The notes: a model not told the origin generated them from the letters alone. 64,000 nucleotides of DNA from the human T2T-CHM13v2.0 reference genome, Homo sapiens (GCF_009914755.1 NC_060928.1); one strand, 5' to 3'; shown: positions 14,633 to 29,871, numbered from the stretch's first letter. Translations and numbers: made by a program.

Positions 14633-17600
14633 AGTTTACATATGAAAGCACACTTGTCCACTGAATTTATTTTCCGTGAGTCCTCTCAAATATGACAGTC
14701 TGCCCAATTCATAAAAAATAAGTCTGTAGACTATTCCTGTTTCTAGTTGTTCATCTTCTTATTTGGAAACCCCTCATCTTTCATAACTACTTTATGCTCC
14801 CATAACTTGAAGGAGTTAATACTTCTATTTCATTTCTTGTACACACATAACCTTCCTCATGAAAATTAGTGAACAAGTCGAGTTTTCCTTATATTTTACA
14901 GGGGAATGTGTCTTTCCCACAATACCCATAAGAGTACACCCTTAATCAATCCCCTCTCTTCATGCACCCACCCACTAGTCTGTCTCCAGCCACACTGCCA
15001 ACCTAAATTCCCCTTCTTTGACTTTCAACACCCCCCTCACCCTTCCTGGTTCCAGGGCTCCCTGATTTGATATCTTTCCACAGTTCTCTCTGCCTCTCCT
15101 TCTTTCTAGCTTGGAGCTATTCATCTGCTTCACTTTTTATTTTTAGAATAGCATATTGCAAGAGATACTAAAGAACAAGACACTGAAAAGCTGAGAATTT
15201 TCACTTGTGGCCCTCATATGTTCTTGTTTTCCATAGCTTTTTCTTCCCATCTCCTCTTGAACATGACTTTAACCTCTAGCTGCTCCTCCGTTCCCCCCTT
15301 GATAAAACTCAAATTGGCAAAAAAATTGGCTGTACATCCACAAGCACAATTCCTCTATTCCCGAATTTTGCTTAACCTCCTCTTGCTAAAGCCCTGTAAA
15401 ATATTCTGTTTTTCTTCACATTCCCCTTGGAATCTTCTCATACCTGAAATTAGTTTTCTTAGAGTACCAGGTTCTACATGTATGAGCCCCAAGAAGGTCC
15501 CACAAACCTCCCATGCCTTAATGCCTTAGATTAGTCTTGGGAATGGAAGAGAAAGCTATGGGGAGCAGGCATAAGGTAAGGTACTGTTTAGTAGTGTCTG
15601 CATAAAGTTCCTCAGAGCCCTTACAGATTGGGTTGCCTCTGTGCTGGTTGATGCAGAATAAGTTAACAGGAAACTTGAAAGCAGTAAGTCTAAAAGAAGC
15701 AGAAGTGATGTTTATGCCTGCTCTAGATTTCTACTGAGAGGAATTTCTTATTAAATTTGGTCTCTGTGTATGTTGCAGAGAGCAGCATTTCTATGGTATG
15801 GCTGCTTTTTTTTTTTTTAAATCTGCCCACATATATCTCTTATAATTCTGACTTTTTCCACTTCTGCAAAGACACCTATGGGAAATAACACAGCTCTCTA
15901 CTTGGCATAACAAATTGACTTAGAATAAGCCTTAGGTCGGATCCGTATAACATTTTAGCACAGCCATCTGAGCAATTTTAATGATGTGGGATGCTTGTTG
16001 AATAATTGAATTAGCCATAGGAATTAATATTAAGAATCTTGGACCCAATTGAGAGGGTGTGTAACAGTCTTTTCTGATTTAGTGGCCAGATATAGATCCG
16101 ACACTTATCATAATGATTTTCATGTAGTATCCTCTACCTCTCAGCTCTGTCCTACTGCATTTGACTTGATGATAATGCCACTGCCTATTCCAAGTTATCA
16201 ATGTGTGAATATATAACTTGTTATTCAAATTGGGATTCTTGTGCCAATAAAAGGAGGCACTATTCATAATTAGGCTGAACAACAAGCACATTCATTCAAG
16301 AATCATGACCAAAACCCTCTATTTGACTAGTTTAATAGGCAGAAACTCCAAGACTGATTTTAACAACTGCAAATGTAATGTCATTAATATGCATTAAAAA
16401 TAAACTTCTTGCTGGAATATGATAAGTAGGAGGCAGACAAATCAAAGTGCAGATATAATATCAAAAGCTCATCTTGCCATAAGAATATGACTGAAGGATA
16501 AAGCAGTTGGTTGTTGGTGGTAGTTCAGATAAGAAATTTGTGTTGGGTAGGAGTCTCTGCCAGTCAGTGGTATTTGTCTCAAGTGAATGAAACATAAAAT
16601 TAATGAGGACTATAGGTATAGTGGTATAGCAGTAAACAATTTTGGAAGATTTTGTATATTTCTCAAAATAAAAGAGATATATAGATAACACTTAAGCATA
16701 TCAGATGATCAAACAACTAAAGATAACATTTTAAATAATATGAAAAAAATAAATGTAGCCTTGGCACCAATAAAAGACTAAAGATAAAGGTAGGTGATGT
16801 CCACTCCATGTTTTACTCATCAAAGTATAGCTGGAACAACTGTTTCTATAAGAATACTAAAACAGACATGACAGGGTCCCTAGTTTCCTCTTTGATTTCT
16901 ATGTTTTCTTCTTCTTTAAAAAAAATTTACTATCTACCTCTCCAATCCCATAAACTTTGACTATCCAGAAAAATTGCAAGCATTGCAGAAATAGTTCTTA
17001 GAAAATACTAACCTGTTTGTTATTGGGACCTCAAGCAAGGGGCATGATAACAGGAACAAACATCAACCTTGAATTTCAGTTAAAATTAAAAATTGCTACT
17101 TAAGCCAAACCTGCAAGGACACATGAACATTTCTGATCCCTAAAAACCCTGACCCTGCTTCAGCTGGGGAATCATCTGGTTTTTAGGAGCTCCCTAACTC
17201 ACATTAACTGAACAAAGAATTTAACCTCTCCTAATGAATTGCTATAATCATTTCCTTCTGACAGTTCTATGTTTTAAAACAGAATGCTGACAAATTAGTC
17301 TGTCTAGAGTTAAAAAGCTTACATGGTATAACAACTACTTCGAGGAATGGTAGAAAAAACAAATGTCAATCTTTAGATAAGAAGACTTGTTAAAAAGGAG
17401 AGATGTGATTTGTTCATTACTGTAAGGATTGCAAACAATCAAGAGAAACACTATAGGATAAACACACAGTAACTGTAAAACTGATGGGATATAGAAACTT
17501 ATTTGCAAAGCTGTGAACTTCCAATTTTTGTGAATGTTCAGAAAGATGTTAGCCGACTAGCTTTCAAATATACTATTTAATTGCTACATTAGGTAAGAGA

Positions 17601-18652
17601 TAATCTTTTAATAACCACCTATATTAAAATTTCTCCAATTACGTTCTTCTCATGTGATGAATTCTGGACATTTTTTTAAATAAGGGCTTACCACTTATTT
17701 TCTTTGAAAATTTTAACACAATTTTTTGTTAAAGAGTATTTATTTTTAAAAAGTATTTTTTAAACAGTTGCATATATATAATTTTGGGGAGGATGATTCT
17801 ATCCAGTAAATTTCTTTATTTACTACCAAGTACATTTCAAAATGAGACACATTCTCACAACTATATTCAGCCTCAGGAAATAATTTATGAATGAATATTA
17901 CTTGAGGCACACAGAGAGAAGTGACTCTGCAAGACATATTCCATAAAATATATGTATATTTTTCTTGTTTTATGAAAGATGACAAATTTTAGAGCTCTAT
18001 AATGTTAAAAAATATATAAATTTTTTTTCTTAGGGAACACTGAGGAAAAAAATTGGATTAAAGCCCACACTAATTCTCAATTCTGGAATAAATATTTTCT
18101 CTCCTTTCAAGCTAGGTGGTAGTCTTCTCTCCACAGACATTTTACTTAGTAAGAAATAATTAAGGTGGATAAAACACATTTACCAAGAATATTTGTGTAC
18201 AGTCATGTATCACTTAATGCCGAGGGATACATTCTGAGAAACGTGCTGTTTGGCGATTTCTTCATTGTGTGAACATCATAGAGTGTACCTTCCGAAACCT
18301 ACTACACATCTCAGCTATATGGTGTAGCTTCTTGATTCTAGGCTACAAACCTGTGCAGCATGTTACTGTATTGAATACTGTAGACAACTGTAACACAATG
18401 GTATTTGTGTATTTAATCATATATAAACATATAAAAGATACCATAAAAATGTGCTATACAAGATTGTAAAAATGGTACATCTATTTAGGGCACTTACCAC
18501 AAATGAAGTATGCAGGATTAGAAGTCTCTTTGAGTAAGTCAGTGAGTGAATGGTGAGTGAATGTGTAGGCTTAGGACATTACAATACAGTACTATGGATT
18601 TTATAAACACTGTAAATGTAAGATAAAATAAATATATAAAAAATATTTTTCT

Positions 18653-18985
<333 letters not shown>

Positions 18986-19440
18986 TCAATTAACCTTAGG
19001 TTACTGTAATTTTTTACTTCATAAACTTTTTAATTTTCTACCTTTTTGACTCTTTTGTAATAACAGCCTAAAACACAACACACAGCTTTCTATTGTACAG
19101 CTATACAAAATATTTTCTTTCATTATATCCGTATTCCATAAATGTTTTGTTTACTTTTATTTATTTATTACTTTTTAAACTTTATTGTTAAAACTAAGAC
19201 ACAAGCATTCACATTACCCTAGGCCTACACAGGGTCAGGATCATCAATATCACTGTCTTCCTACTTCCACATCCTGTCCTACTGGAAGGTTTTCAGGGAC
19301 AATAACACTCATGGAGATGTCATCTCCTGTGATAACAATGTCTTCTTCTGAAGAATTTGCCTGAGGCTTTTTTATAGTTAACAATTATTTTTGATAAGCA
19401 GAAGGAGTATACTCTAAAATAACATAAGAAGTATAGCACA

Positions 19441-19813
19441 CATATGCACCATGGAATCCTATGCAGCCATAAAAAATGATAAGTTCATGTCCTTTGTAGG
19501 GACATGGATGAAATTGGAAATCATCATTCTCAGTAAACTATCGCAAGAACAAAAAACCAAACACCGCATATTCTCACTCATAGGTGGGAATTGAACAATG
19601 AGAACACATGGACACAGGAAGGGGAACATCACACTCTGGGGACGGTTGTGGGGTCGGGGGAGGGGGAAGGGATAGCATTAGGAGATATACCTAATGCTAA
19701 ATGACGAGTTAATGGGTGCAGCACACCAGCATGACACATGTATACATATGTAACTAACCTGCACATTGTGCACATGTACCCTAAAACTTAAAGTGTAATA
19801 ATAATAATAATAA
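19441..19813 (+). mobile_element. young L1PA (L1PA3-like) 3' end, 5'-truncated
   Basis: Near-consensus L1 ORF2 end and 3'UTR (CCATGGAATCCTATGCAGCC...GTACCCTAAAACTTAAAG), (TAA)n tail, perfect 15-bp TSD aagaagtatagcaca (19426-19440 / 19814-19828). Confidence 0.97.
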
Positions 19814-22215
19814 AAGAAGTATAGCACAGTACCTACATAAATCAGTAATATAGTTGTTTATTATCATTTTCCAGTAATACATACTACACATAATTGTGTA
19901 TATGTGGTATACTTTTATATGATTGGCAGTGCAGTAGGTTTGTTTACACAAGCATCACTATAAACACGTGAGTAATGGGTCATGCTCCAACATTAGGATG
20001 TCTGTGATGTCACTAGAATATGGGAATTTTTCAGCTCCATTATAATTTTATGGGTGTACCATTGTATATGTGGTCCATCTTTGATTGAAACATAATTATA
20101 TAGCATGTGGCTGTATTCCATTTGAAATTCCATACACATGCCTTTAATTAGTCCTCATCTCAATAGAAAATATATTTGCATACATGTTTCCACTGCATCT
20201 ACTATTCTCATCATATTTAAATAAGGGCTTAAAATAATACATGTTATTCGAAATCACAATTTGTTCTCCAGCAAGCACAAATTTATTTTTGAATCTGACA
20301 TGTCTGTCCCTTTGCTCACACTGTTTTCCTCACCCAGAATGTCTGTTGTCATCCTGTGTTTTTCCTTTTCTACCTCAATTCATTTTTTGACCCTGGAACT
20401 TTTTAAAGTATGTCTATGACCTTTTAAATCCATTTTGCCTGTTTGATGGCATTTCCAATGCTTGCAGGTTAACTATAGGATTTAGTATTCTTGTATTTAT
20501 ACTATCTTTTTTTCTTTTTAACTGAATTCTAGATTTGCTTTTTAGTTTTTGTTTTTTTTTTTTTGCCAGTACCTATAGCTTTTCTGTTTAATTTACTGTC
20601 CCATAAGAATAAATCGCCTTGTTCACGAAGATAATTAGTATTTGAGAACTGATTTTTTGTCTTTTACACAATTTATTAAATTAAAAAGTAGGAATTTTGT
20701 TGTAAGAAACATGTTAAGTTCTAAAAGTTTGCAGAAGAGATTGGTTGTCTGGAGAATTTACCATAGCCCAGACTCAGGACTTCAGCCAGCCTGGGAAAAA
20801 CCCAATCTTGCCTGGCTCCCAGATTTAACTAGAATTCAGTTAATAGATTCACTTTGAATTGAAAAAAGCAGGAATATATTAACCAGAATTGAAATAATTA
20901 ACTACTACTGAGAAATTACTATGTGAGGATTGGATATTTTATCTTCTTTTTTTGTGGTGTCTTCTCCTCTGGAGTATATTCAGTTCACACAGCATAAGTG
21001 CCTTCTACAATCGTTACAATTGCTGAATGAACCTCTGTGTTACTGATACAGTCTATCTTTAGCTAAACTAATATTTTATCTCTTTAATTCTAAATTACTA
21101 GAACAGTTAGTAACCCCAAAGATTCAGCATTTTTTCTGGTAAAATAAATAAAAAAAGAAAAAGAAAAGTGAAAATACATAACACACACATTTTAAAACAT
21201 ATTCAGGTTATAATAAAAGAAAACTTTTGAAAAAATGTTTGTTTTAGTCTAAGGCAAACATTAATCATTAATCAGCTTTCTCTCAATTCTTGCTGCTGCT
21301 TTGATAGTAATGCTCTTTTTTTTAATAACAGAAACTGCACCTTGTCTTTTCTGATGCCCCATGGTTTAACTCATATAGGACAGTCATATTTCAAACTTTT
21401 GGAGCCACTTGATTATTCAGCCCTGTTTGTCATCAAACTGTAGCTGATATCATCACAAATAAAATTGTACATAGTTTAAATGATTTATTTTCTCCAGTGG
21501 CCTTTGCTAAAAGTTTCTTAATTTTGACTAAAATCATCTGTACTTGCCAGATTTTTTTAAAAAAATATTCTGAAAATAGGCAATGTTGAATCTGCATAGC
21601 AGTCTTTTATGTCCAGCAACTATTTTAAGGTTCTGTAATTTTCCATTCATTTAAAAAGAGAAGAGCATTATTTTACGTCACTATTGTTACCTACTTGCCC
21701 CATTTGAGTACTTCGTTTGGATAATCTAGTTTATAAAATTTAACTTAATAGGTATTTTTAAATACTTCTTTATAGTTTAATAGATATCTTTGTTTGCAAG
21801 TACTGCATACTGGGTTAAAGAGAGCACTGGGTTCAGAATCAATTTATTTAAATGTAAATACTCTCTCAACAATAATGATACTCTTATATATAAAACCTAA
21901 GTAAACAGTCCTTCTGGCCTTGATTGCTAAATACAATAAGAAAATCAATTCCACTATGCATCATATTTTAATCAACTTTTTATTAAAACACATTATCAGT
22001 GTTCATTTTTCATGTTCTATAGAATGGTACTAGAATATAAGATTCCTGTTTCCAAAATTTAAAGAACTGGATCCTATGAAAAGAGTTTGACTGTATCACT
22101 TCTCCTCCCTTGACAATTGTCATTTGCCTTTTGATATAGTTACTTTTCCACTTCCTTGCTCTTTTAGCACTAATGCTTTTGCAGGAGAAAAAAAAACAGT
22201 TTTTTTTTGAGTAGA

Positions 22216-22604
22216 TGTCTTAGTCCATTTTGTCCTGCTATAATAGAATACCTAAGGCTAGTTCATTTTAAAAAAACATAAATTTATTTTCTTACAGTTC
22301 TGGAGTCTGGGAAGTTGAAGATCAAGACCCTGCATTTTGTAAGGGCCTTCTTGCTGCATTCTCACATGGCAGACAGTGGAAAGGCAAAAATGGGACAAAG
22401 GTTGTTATTCTCACATGCAAAAGAATGAAAAATAGTGAAATGACTCCCAAAAGCTCCTTTTATAAAGAGATTAATTTATTCATGAAGGCAAAGCTCTCAT
22501 AACCTAAATATCTTCCAAAAAAAATCTCAGCTCTTAGCACCATTATATTGGGGATTAAGTTTCCAACACATGAATTTTAGAGAGGACACATTCAAACCAT
22601 AGCA
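22216..22604 (-). mobile_element. MLT1A/MSTD-like solo LTR
   Basis: TGTCTTAGTCCATTTTG...CAGTTCTGGAGTCTGGGAAG...ATTCAAACCATAGCA. Confidence 0.85.
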
Positions 22605-23699
22605 GTTGCTTTTCAAAATTACTTTTTAAAAAATTTGCTTTAAAGGGCAGGAGCGCACTGATCTGTTCTTTATCCAATCAGGGAGTTTCTCGTTTTTGCG
22701 TTCCAAATTATGTTTTCTAGTTTTCATTCTTTGTTTTGTAGTTAAAAAGTTTACACTAATTTAACATACTGCAAATATTATAACCCTTACACTTCCGTGT
22801 AACATTTTTGCTGTCTTGTAAACACCATACAAATTGTGAAAATTTGGAATGTTTTCAACTGTTACATAATGAAACTATATTATCCACCTATATTTCATAT
22901 GAATTGAGTAAATAAACCATTTTTATATAAAAAGGAAAATTATCTGAATATACATGCTATTTCTGTGACTTTTTATTATGTGCATGTAGTTAAATCATGT
23001 AACCTTGAGAATACATAAATTTGGAAAAATAATTTATATTTATCTCAGTGATAATTGTTGAAATATTTTACAAATTCTAGAGGTATATGTATTTTTTAAA
23101 AAAATTCTGTTATATATTTCTCTTTTAATCCAGTTCATGCCATTTCTTATTCTTCTAGGAACTTTTTCAATCTGTATATTTATTTTGCATATGTAAGAAT
23201 TTTGCAATGACATATTACTAAAGCATGTTTTCTGATAGTGCAAGGAAAGCATGATGTTTGATTATTATCAGCTGTGTTCTGAGGATCAATTTAGATTTAG
23301 GGCAGTGATGTAGCAGATAAACGAATGTCCTCATCACTGACTTTATTAACAGAACTATTCTATAGGTTTGTCTCTAACACATTTGGATCCTTCTTTAATC
23401 AGCAAAACAAAATATCAATACTTCAGTCATTTGTCAAAGAATTCAATATTGGACTGACTTTGAATCATTACTTGCCAAAGGCTTAACTGAGTCACTTGAT
23501 AGTTAGCTCTGTCACACATGTTAAGTACACATTTCATTAGGTTCTATACTGTCTGAAAGCACTGAGTAATATAAAGGAACCACTTGATTTCAGTTCCATG
23601 AGAAATGCTTTCATCATCACCACTCTCTAACACATACACAAGTCAGATTAAATCAAGGTCACTCCAGGGAAAAAGAAAGTAGGAAGGAGAGGTATTCTG

Positions 23700-23823
23700 T
23701 GCTTTGCAATTATCTGATTTACTTTCAAAACATCTTTTTGAGTTAGGTATTAGTATGCTCATTTTACAAATGAGGAAATTAAGACTCTTGAGATATTAAA
23801 AATGGTACACACATCACATGAGT
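23700..23823 (-). mobile_element. MIR fragment
   Basis: Core CTCATTTTACAAATGAGGAAATTAAGACTC. Confidence 0.7.
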
Positions 23824-24067
23824 TATAATAGGCAGAGTGTCCAAAAAAATGCATATACCCCAATCCCCGGAACCTGTAAATACGTTACATAACAAAAGGG
23901 GCTTTGCAGATATAATTTAGATTATATACCTTAAGGGATCAAGATTATACTCAATTTTGCTGATGAAAATAATCTAATGTGGTGAACTCTGAAAAGCAGA
24001 AACCATTCTTTCTGGCTGAAGTCAGGAGAGATGAAATATAGGAGGAGTCAAACAGATCTGAAGCATG
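23824..24067 (+). mobile_element. MLT1D-like LTR 5' fragment
   Basis: AATCCCCGGAACCTGTAAATACGTTAC...AAAAGGGGCTTTGCAGAT. Confidence 0.72.
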
Positions 24068-24378
24068 TATCATTATATCATGGCACTCATATATGCTTTA
24101 TTGGCACTTAGCATATTCTTTAACATATTGTAATTATTATGTTTCATAATTTTATCTTTCTTTCTAAAATTAAAATGATTTAGTGGAAAAGGGACCACCT
24201 TATTCAAAACTTTATGATCTGTAGTGTTAAATAAATTTTCAGATATAGTAGATACAAATTTTTTAAGTTGCTTTTTTGCAAAGAATCCCTATAATATCCT
24301 TTTGAAGGTCCTAAGAAAGCTTTTGCAATACTTTTTAAAATGTTATTATCAATTATGTAATAATAATTTCATATTTGT

Positions 24379-24500
24379 TTATATATACATATATACAAAT
24401 ACATACATGTATTTTTATATATACACATACACACACAAATATATAAAAAGAGCAAGAGAGACAGAGAAAAACAGAGAGAAATGGAGGGAGACAGAGTGAG
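24379..24500. repeat. compound imperfect (TA)/(CA)/(GA) microsatellite
   Basis: Visible dinucleotide runs. Confidence 0.75.
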
Positions 24501-24945
24501 ACCATGAAGCTCCCAGATCAGAGAAACAGTTCATTACTGACAGAGTAGAATCTCATGTCAGGTCGCCATGCTATGAATCCCTACAGGGTGACATGAGTGA
24601 GAATCATATTTTACCTCTCATGCAGTTAGTTTACATCATAGGAAAGTAAATACAAAATTATGAGACTAAGAACTTACACAAGTGCTTATAACACATTTGC
24701 CCAACCCTCTGAAGAGACAAACTTAACACTGGAACATAAACTCTTCCAGGAGAGGAAGGAAATATTTATCCTTATTTATTATTATCTTGGAATGGAAGCA
24801 GATCTCTCTGGGAAGGCAAATCTCTAAACCTCTACCTTCCCAGGTCTTTGCTATTCAAACATTTTTTTAATTATTATTAAAAGGCTTGGACCATGCAGAC
24901 TCATGATATTCATGAAATATTCATGGAGAATTCTCTTTGAGTACA
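24501..24945 (-). mobile_element. LTR40-family (ERVL) solo LTR
   Basis: Reverse strand reads GAGAATTCTCCATG..., ATGTTTGAATAGCAAAGACCTGGGAAGGTAGAG and GTAATGAACTGTTTCTCTGATCTGGGAG, as in LTR40. Confidence 0.62.
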
Positions 24946-25689
24946 CAATCATCCTGGAAATTAGTAAACATGTCCAGTGAGTGCATGCTGAACTATCAAA
25001 TCTGGTCAACATATCTATTTTCTACCCGTGTATTATTTTTAAAGTTCAAGAACTCTTTCAGATCTCCATATCTAGGTTTAATATTCACTTTAGATTTCTA
25101 ACATACAAATTTTATAGACAACAACCTCATTATCATGTGATAATTAATATAAAAATTAATTACACGTAATAAACATTTGTATTACTGCTAGGCTTAGGAA
25201 GAAACTTCAGAACTACAATGTTGGGAGTTCTGAGGGACTTTCTGCCCTATTCAAATCCACCTTTGTCCCAGCTACAATTTGGTCCCTATCTGGAAGTGGT
25301 ATATACTCCAAGTTAAATATTGGCATAAATAACTGTGGGGCAATGGCCGGTCAAGAATTCCAGAAAGTAATTTTAAGACTCTCTCAGGTGGTGGATACCT
25401 GTGTTATTGTCATTGACTCTGCAGGGCTCAGGACAGGCAGTGTTAAACAGTCATCTTCAGAATTTCTGAAATGGTATTTTTCCCTGCCCTTAAAAATCTC
25501 CCTTCTACCTCCAGAATCCCCAAAACTAAAATAAGTTAAGAAATTTAATTTGCCCATATCAGATAGAGCTACCAGATAGACAGAAATTATATATATAATA
25601 AATACCGTATATATTATATATGTATTATAATATAAATATGTGTGTGCATGCATGTGTGCGTGTGTGTGTATACATATACTGTATGGGAG

Positions 25690-26078
25690 TGTTAAAAGAA
25701 AAACTTTACCCAAATTAAATTTAAAAGAGTTTAATTGAGCAAAGAACAATTTGCTAATCAGGCAGCCTCCTGAGCCAGAATGGGCTCAGAGACTCCAGTG
25801 CAACCACGTGGTGGAAGATTTATGAACAGAAAAAGGAAAGTGACATACAGAAGATGGAAGTGAGGTACAGGAAAACCAGTTTGTTTACAGCTCAGTATTT
25901 GCCTTATTTGAACATGGTTTGAACAGTTGGCCACCTGTGATTGACCAAAACTCAATGATTGGCAGAAGAGTAGGCTACAGTCTGTTTACAACTCCATTTA
26001 GGTTATAGTTCATGAGGTACAGAGAAACCTTTAGGCTGAACTTACAATGGTGGCAGCTTAAGGTTAAGCTTCATTTAA
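25690..26078 (-). mobile_element. MER57 (A/B) ERV1 solo LTR
   Basis: TGTTAAAAGAAAAACTTT...GCCTTATTTGAACATGGTTTGAACAGTTGGCC...AAACCTTTAGGCTGAACTTA. Confidence 0.9.
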
Positions 26079-26116
26079 TGGAACTACATACGTACTTATA
26101 TATGTGTGCATTTATA

Positions 26117-26117
<1 letters not shown>

Positions 26118-26147
<30 letters not shown>
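26118..26147. repeat. (TA)15 microsatellite
   Basis: Perfect TA run. Confidence 0.95.
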
Positions 26148-26151
<4 letters not shown>

Positions 26152-28512
26152 AATTACATACTGTATATGTACTACAGAAAGAGACATCTATTTCAAGGAA
26201 TTGGATTGCATGATTGTGGGAGCTGGCAAGTCAGAAATTTGCAGGGAAGGTGGTCTTGGCCAGGAGCTGACACCGTACTTAGTCTTGAGGCAGAATTTCT
26301 TCTTCCTCATAGAAATCTGTTTTGTTGTTAAGGCTTGTCAACTGATTAGATGAGGCACATTCACATGATTAAGGATAAACTCCTTTACTTAAAGTCAACT
26401 GATTGTAGATCTAAAAACACCTGCACACTAAGACCCAGGTTATTGTGTGACTAAATAACTGAATAGGATGGCCTAGCCACGTTGACACCTAAAAGCAATC
26501 ATACCACCCCAGTTTGTGAATGAAGTCTGGGTAGAAGACCTAATTCACAGTCAATTCATTTTATATCTAAATTCTCTATATTGTGATGTTATACTATTTT
26601 TGCTGTGATTATGTAGTTTATGCTGTTGAAAACAATGGGAGCAGCTGACCCTGTATGCCTCTTCGCTTTTCGTGTGCTTTTTTCTACACCTAGGTTTATG
26701 CATATGGCCCAAAAAATTATACATCTGCCAAGCGAGAAACATAACAGGAGGATATTTAACTCCATTAAAAACTGAATGTTCATTATTATTTATAAATCAT
26801 ATATCCTTAAATGCAATTCAACATACATGACGAAAGGTGACAAATGTATACATACCTAATATTTCTGGAGTATAGTCAAGACAAGTAACGATTAGAAGAC
26901 TAATCCTTAGAATAACTCTATGCTATTTATTTAGACAACATTTTACACTTTTAAAAAACATTATTTTTCTTTCATTGACAAATAACATACTATTTAAAGT
27001 GGAAAATTCAGAATTTTTAGAGTCACTCAAAAGCTTTGAACATGCAAACCTCCTATCAGAGATCACACAATATTTTCCTAGCATAAATCGTTTCATATTA
27101 TTTTTAGGATTTGTATATTTGAAATATAATAGTGAATAATTTTATTAGCATATACTCTACTTTTACTTAAAATTATGAAACATAGTATTTATTTCAGAGA
27201 AGACTTGTTAAAACTCAAATTAATATCTTTTTATATAACTCATAGCCTTCCTTTTTCTTTGTACTGCTAATTTTAATAGTTCAAATATAATCTCCCCATT
27301 TATCACAGTCTCTTATTCCCTTAATATTATTAATTGTTAGAAGTAATCATCCCCAAAGATTTAGTTAATTTTTCATTTTATAATTTTATCTAAAGCCTGA
27401 TTGTTAACCATAAAATTAAGCATATATCATCTCTCAGAAATAGTCCACAGCAAGGTTAGAATGTGCATATTTAAATTGTGATACACTACTAATCTATGAA
27501 AGTTACAATTTGTAATAATCATACAAAAGCCAATGATGTATAGAGACTGATTTTCGTTTCCTTTATTTTATCAAATAAACAATCAGACCTTATCAGAATT
27601 TGGAAAAATAATAAAGAATATGTTTCTCACTTCTGGGAAAAGCACACCAAGGACAATAGAGATGAATGAAATTTTAAATATCAATTACCTTATTATATAC
27701 GATTTCAATGTAAAAAAGCCTTGAAACATTGTTCTTCTCACTCTCAAAACAAGATTATATTAAAAATGCTGATATAGTGTTTTTTCAAAAATACCGATGA
27801 ACTCCTGTCATAACACAAGAGATCTCCAGTGGCATTTAACTCAGTAAAATAACTAAAAACCTCCTACCGACTGCAATGATAGCACCTCCTCAGCGGGTGA
27901 CTTTTCACCCCTTCTTGAGCTCTGAGAATTATTCTGTCAAGAAACAAATGACAGAGACATACATATACTTGGCTGTTGTAACTGACAACAAATATCTCAT
28001 TGCCTGTTTTTTTTTTTTATTGCTTTTCCTGTTGTAGAAAACAGCACTTGAGAATACAATTGAAAGATAATCTGTCCTATCATTAGAATGTGTTTTCAAT
28101 TTCTAGAATTATTAATCTATTTGTAAATATCTACACAGGATCTAATCCCCTAATTTACATGCTATTCATAGATAAAGTTGGTAAAAGGAGGATAGGATGG
28201 CTACAGCACACAGAATGGAAAGAAGAACGGAGGCTGCAAAATCTACCTGATTCCCTTTATGCTTTTCTCTGAATGCCTTTCCTTTTCAAATTCAGAATAC
28301 CTGACGTAAGTGCCCATTCTGTAATGTAAATTTATAAGTTAAACACTTATCTTCTCTTCTTAAAATCCAGAGAGTTAATAAATTTTTGTCTTGGGTCATG
28401 TTCCCCAGAAGTAAACCCTGAGACAAAGATTCCTATGGAAATCATCTATGCAGAATGTACTTCCAGGAGAAACCATAAGAGTGCAGGATATAGGACAAGC
28501 AAGTTGAAGCAA

Positions 28513-29727
28513 TAGTAGCAAATCAGTAAACATTTGATACAAAAAAGCCACACCAAAATCTAATAATTTTAAATAAAAGTCATTTATTAGTCTATGATTT
28601 CCAGGGTTAGCAATTTGGGCTGGGCTCAGTGAGTGGTTGTTTTGCTGGGCTCCATCAGACTGTAGTTAGCTGCAGTCTGGTTAATCTAGGGTGGGCTTAC
28701 TCACATGTCTGACCTTTGGTCTTGGCTCCTGGCTTAGGTGCTGGGACCATTTGTCTCCAGCAGATTAGTTTAGCCTTAGTCACAAGGTAATGGTTATAAG
28801 GTCCTCAAGAGGAATGAGAGAGGACAGGCCACAAAGTACAAGCACTGTTGAAGCTTCTGTCTGCATCATGTCTGCTAGTGTCTCCTAGTCAAAGCAAGTT
28901 TTATAACTCCCCAATTGGTTCACCTTGTCCACTGGCTAGATAGAGCTGATTTATCAAGAAAGAGAATTGCATGGAAAAAGAGTAATTCATGCAGAGCCAG
29001 CTGTGCAGGAGAATTGGAGTTTTATTAGTACTCAAATCAGTCTCCCCGAGAATTCAGGGATCATAGTTTTTAATATAATTTGCCAAGTAAGGACTTGGGA
29101 AGTAGGGAGTGCTGATTGGTCAGGTTGGAGACGGAATCATAGGGAGTTGAAGTGAGTTTTTCTTGCCATCTTCTGTTCCTGGATGAGATGGCAGAACTGG
29201 CTGAGCCACAGTAGATCTGGTGGTGTCAGCTGATCTATAAAGTGCAGGATCTGCAAAATATCTCAAGCACTGATCTTAGGTTTTGCAATAGTGATGTTAT
29301 CCCCAGGACCAATTTGGGGAGGTTCAGACTCTTGGAGCCAGAGGCTGCATGACCCCTATACAGGAATTTCTGATCTTTCAGCTAATTTGTTAGTCCTGCA
29401 AAGGCAGACTGGTCCCCTGGCAAGAAGAGAGTATTTTCAGGAATGCTGTTATCGATTTCGTTTCAGAGTTAAACCATGAACTAAATTCCTTCCCAAAGTT
29501 CATTCGGCCTATGCCCAGGAATGAGCAAGGACGGCTTAAAGGTTATCAGCAAGATGGAGTCAGTTAGATCTGATTTCTTTCACTGTCATAATTTCCTCAG
29601 TTATAATTTTGCACAGGCGGTTTCACTTTCATAGTCAAACCACAGTCAATGTATGTAGGGATTATCCAAGGGCATAAATAAGGAAGAAGCAAATCATTTT
29701 GGGTCATTATTTCAACAATCTACCACA
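28513..29727 (-). mobile_element. MLT1 (H/I-like) LTR inserted in LTR16, split by LTR8
   Basis: GCAATTTGGGCTGGGCTCAG...CTCACATGTCTG...CAAAGCAAG[LTR8]...CAATCTACCACA; possible 5-bp TSD agcaa. Confidence 0.75.
28902..29625 (-). mobile_element. LTR8/LTR8A ERV1 solo LTR
   Basis: Reverse strand begins TGAAACCGCCTGTGCAAAATTATAACTGAGGAAATTATGACAGTGAAAG; about 724 bp. Confidence 0.9.
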
Positions 29728-29871
29728 AGCAAAGAGCCACAAAAGGTAGCATTGACCTGAGCCAAAGGGAAATCTTAAATTTAAGTAATAGATCAGTTAT
29801 GTACTGTCCTTATGCAAGTGAACTTGGCTTTCAAATTCCTGTACCAGGTAAGCACTGGTCCAGGGTGCTCT

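Larger units (their letters stand above)
25555..26506 (-). mobile_element. MLT2 (C/D-like) ERVL LTR with (TA)n tract, split by MER57
   Basis: AAGGAATTGGATTGCATGATTGTGGGAGCTGGCAAGTC...AACTGATTAGATGAGGC...GGCCTAGCCACGTTGACAC; the segment left of 25690 is less certain. Confidence 0.78.
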
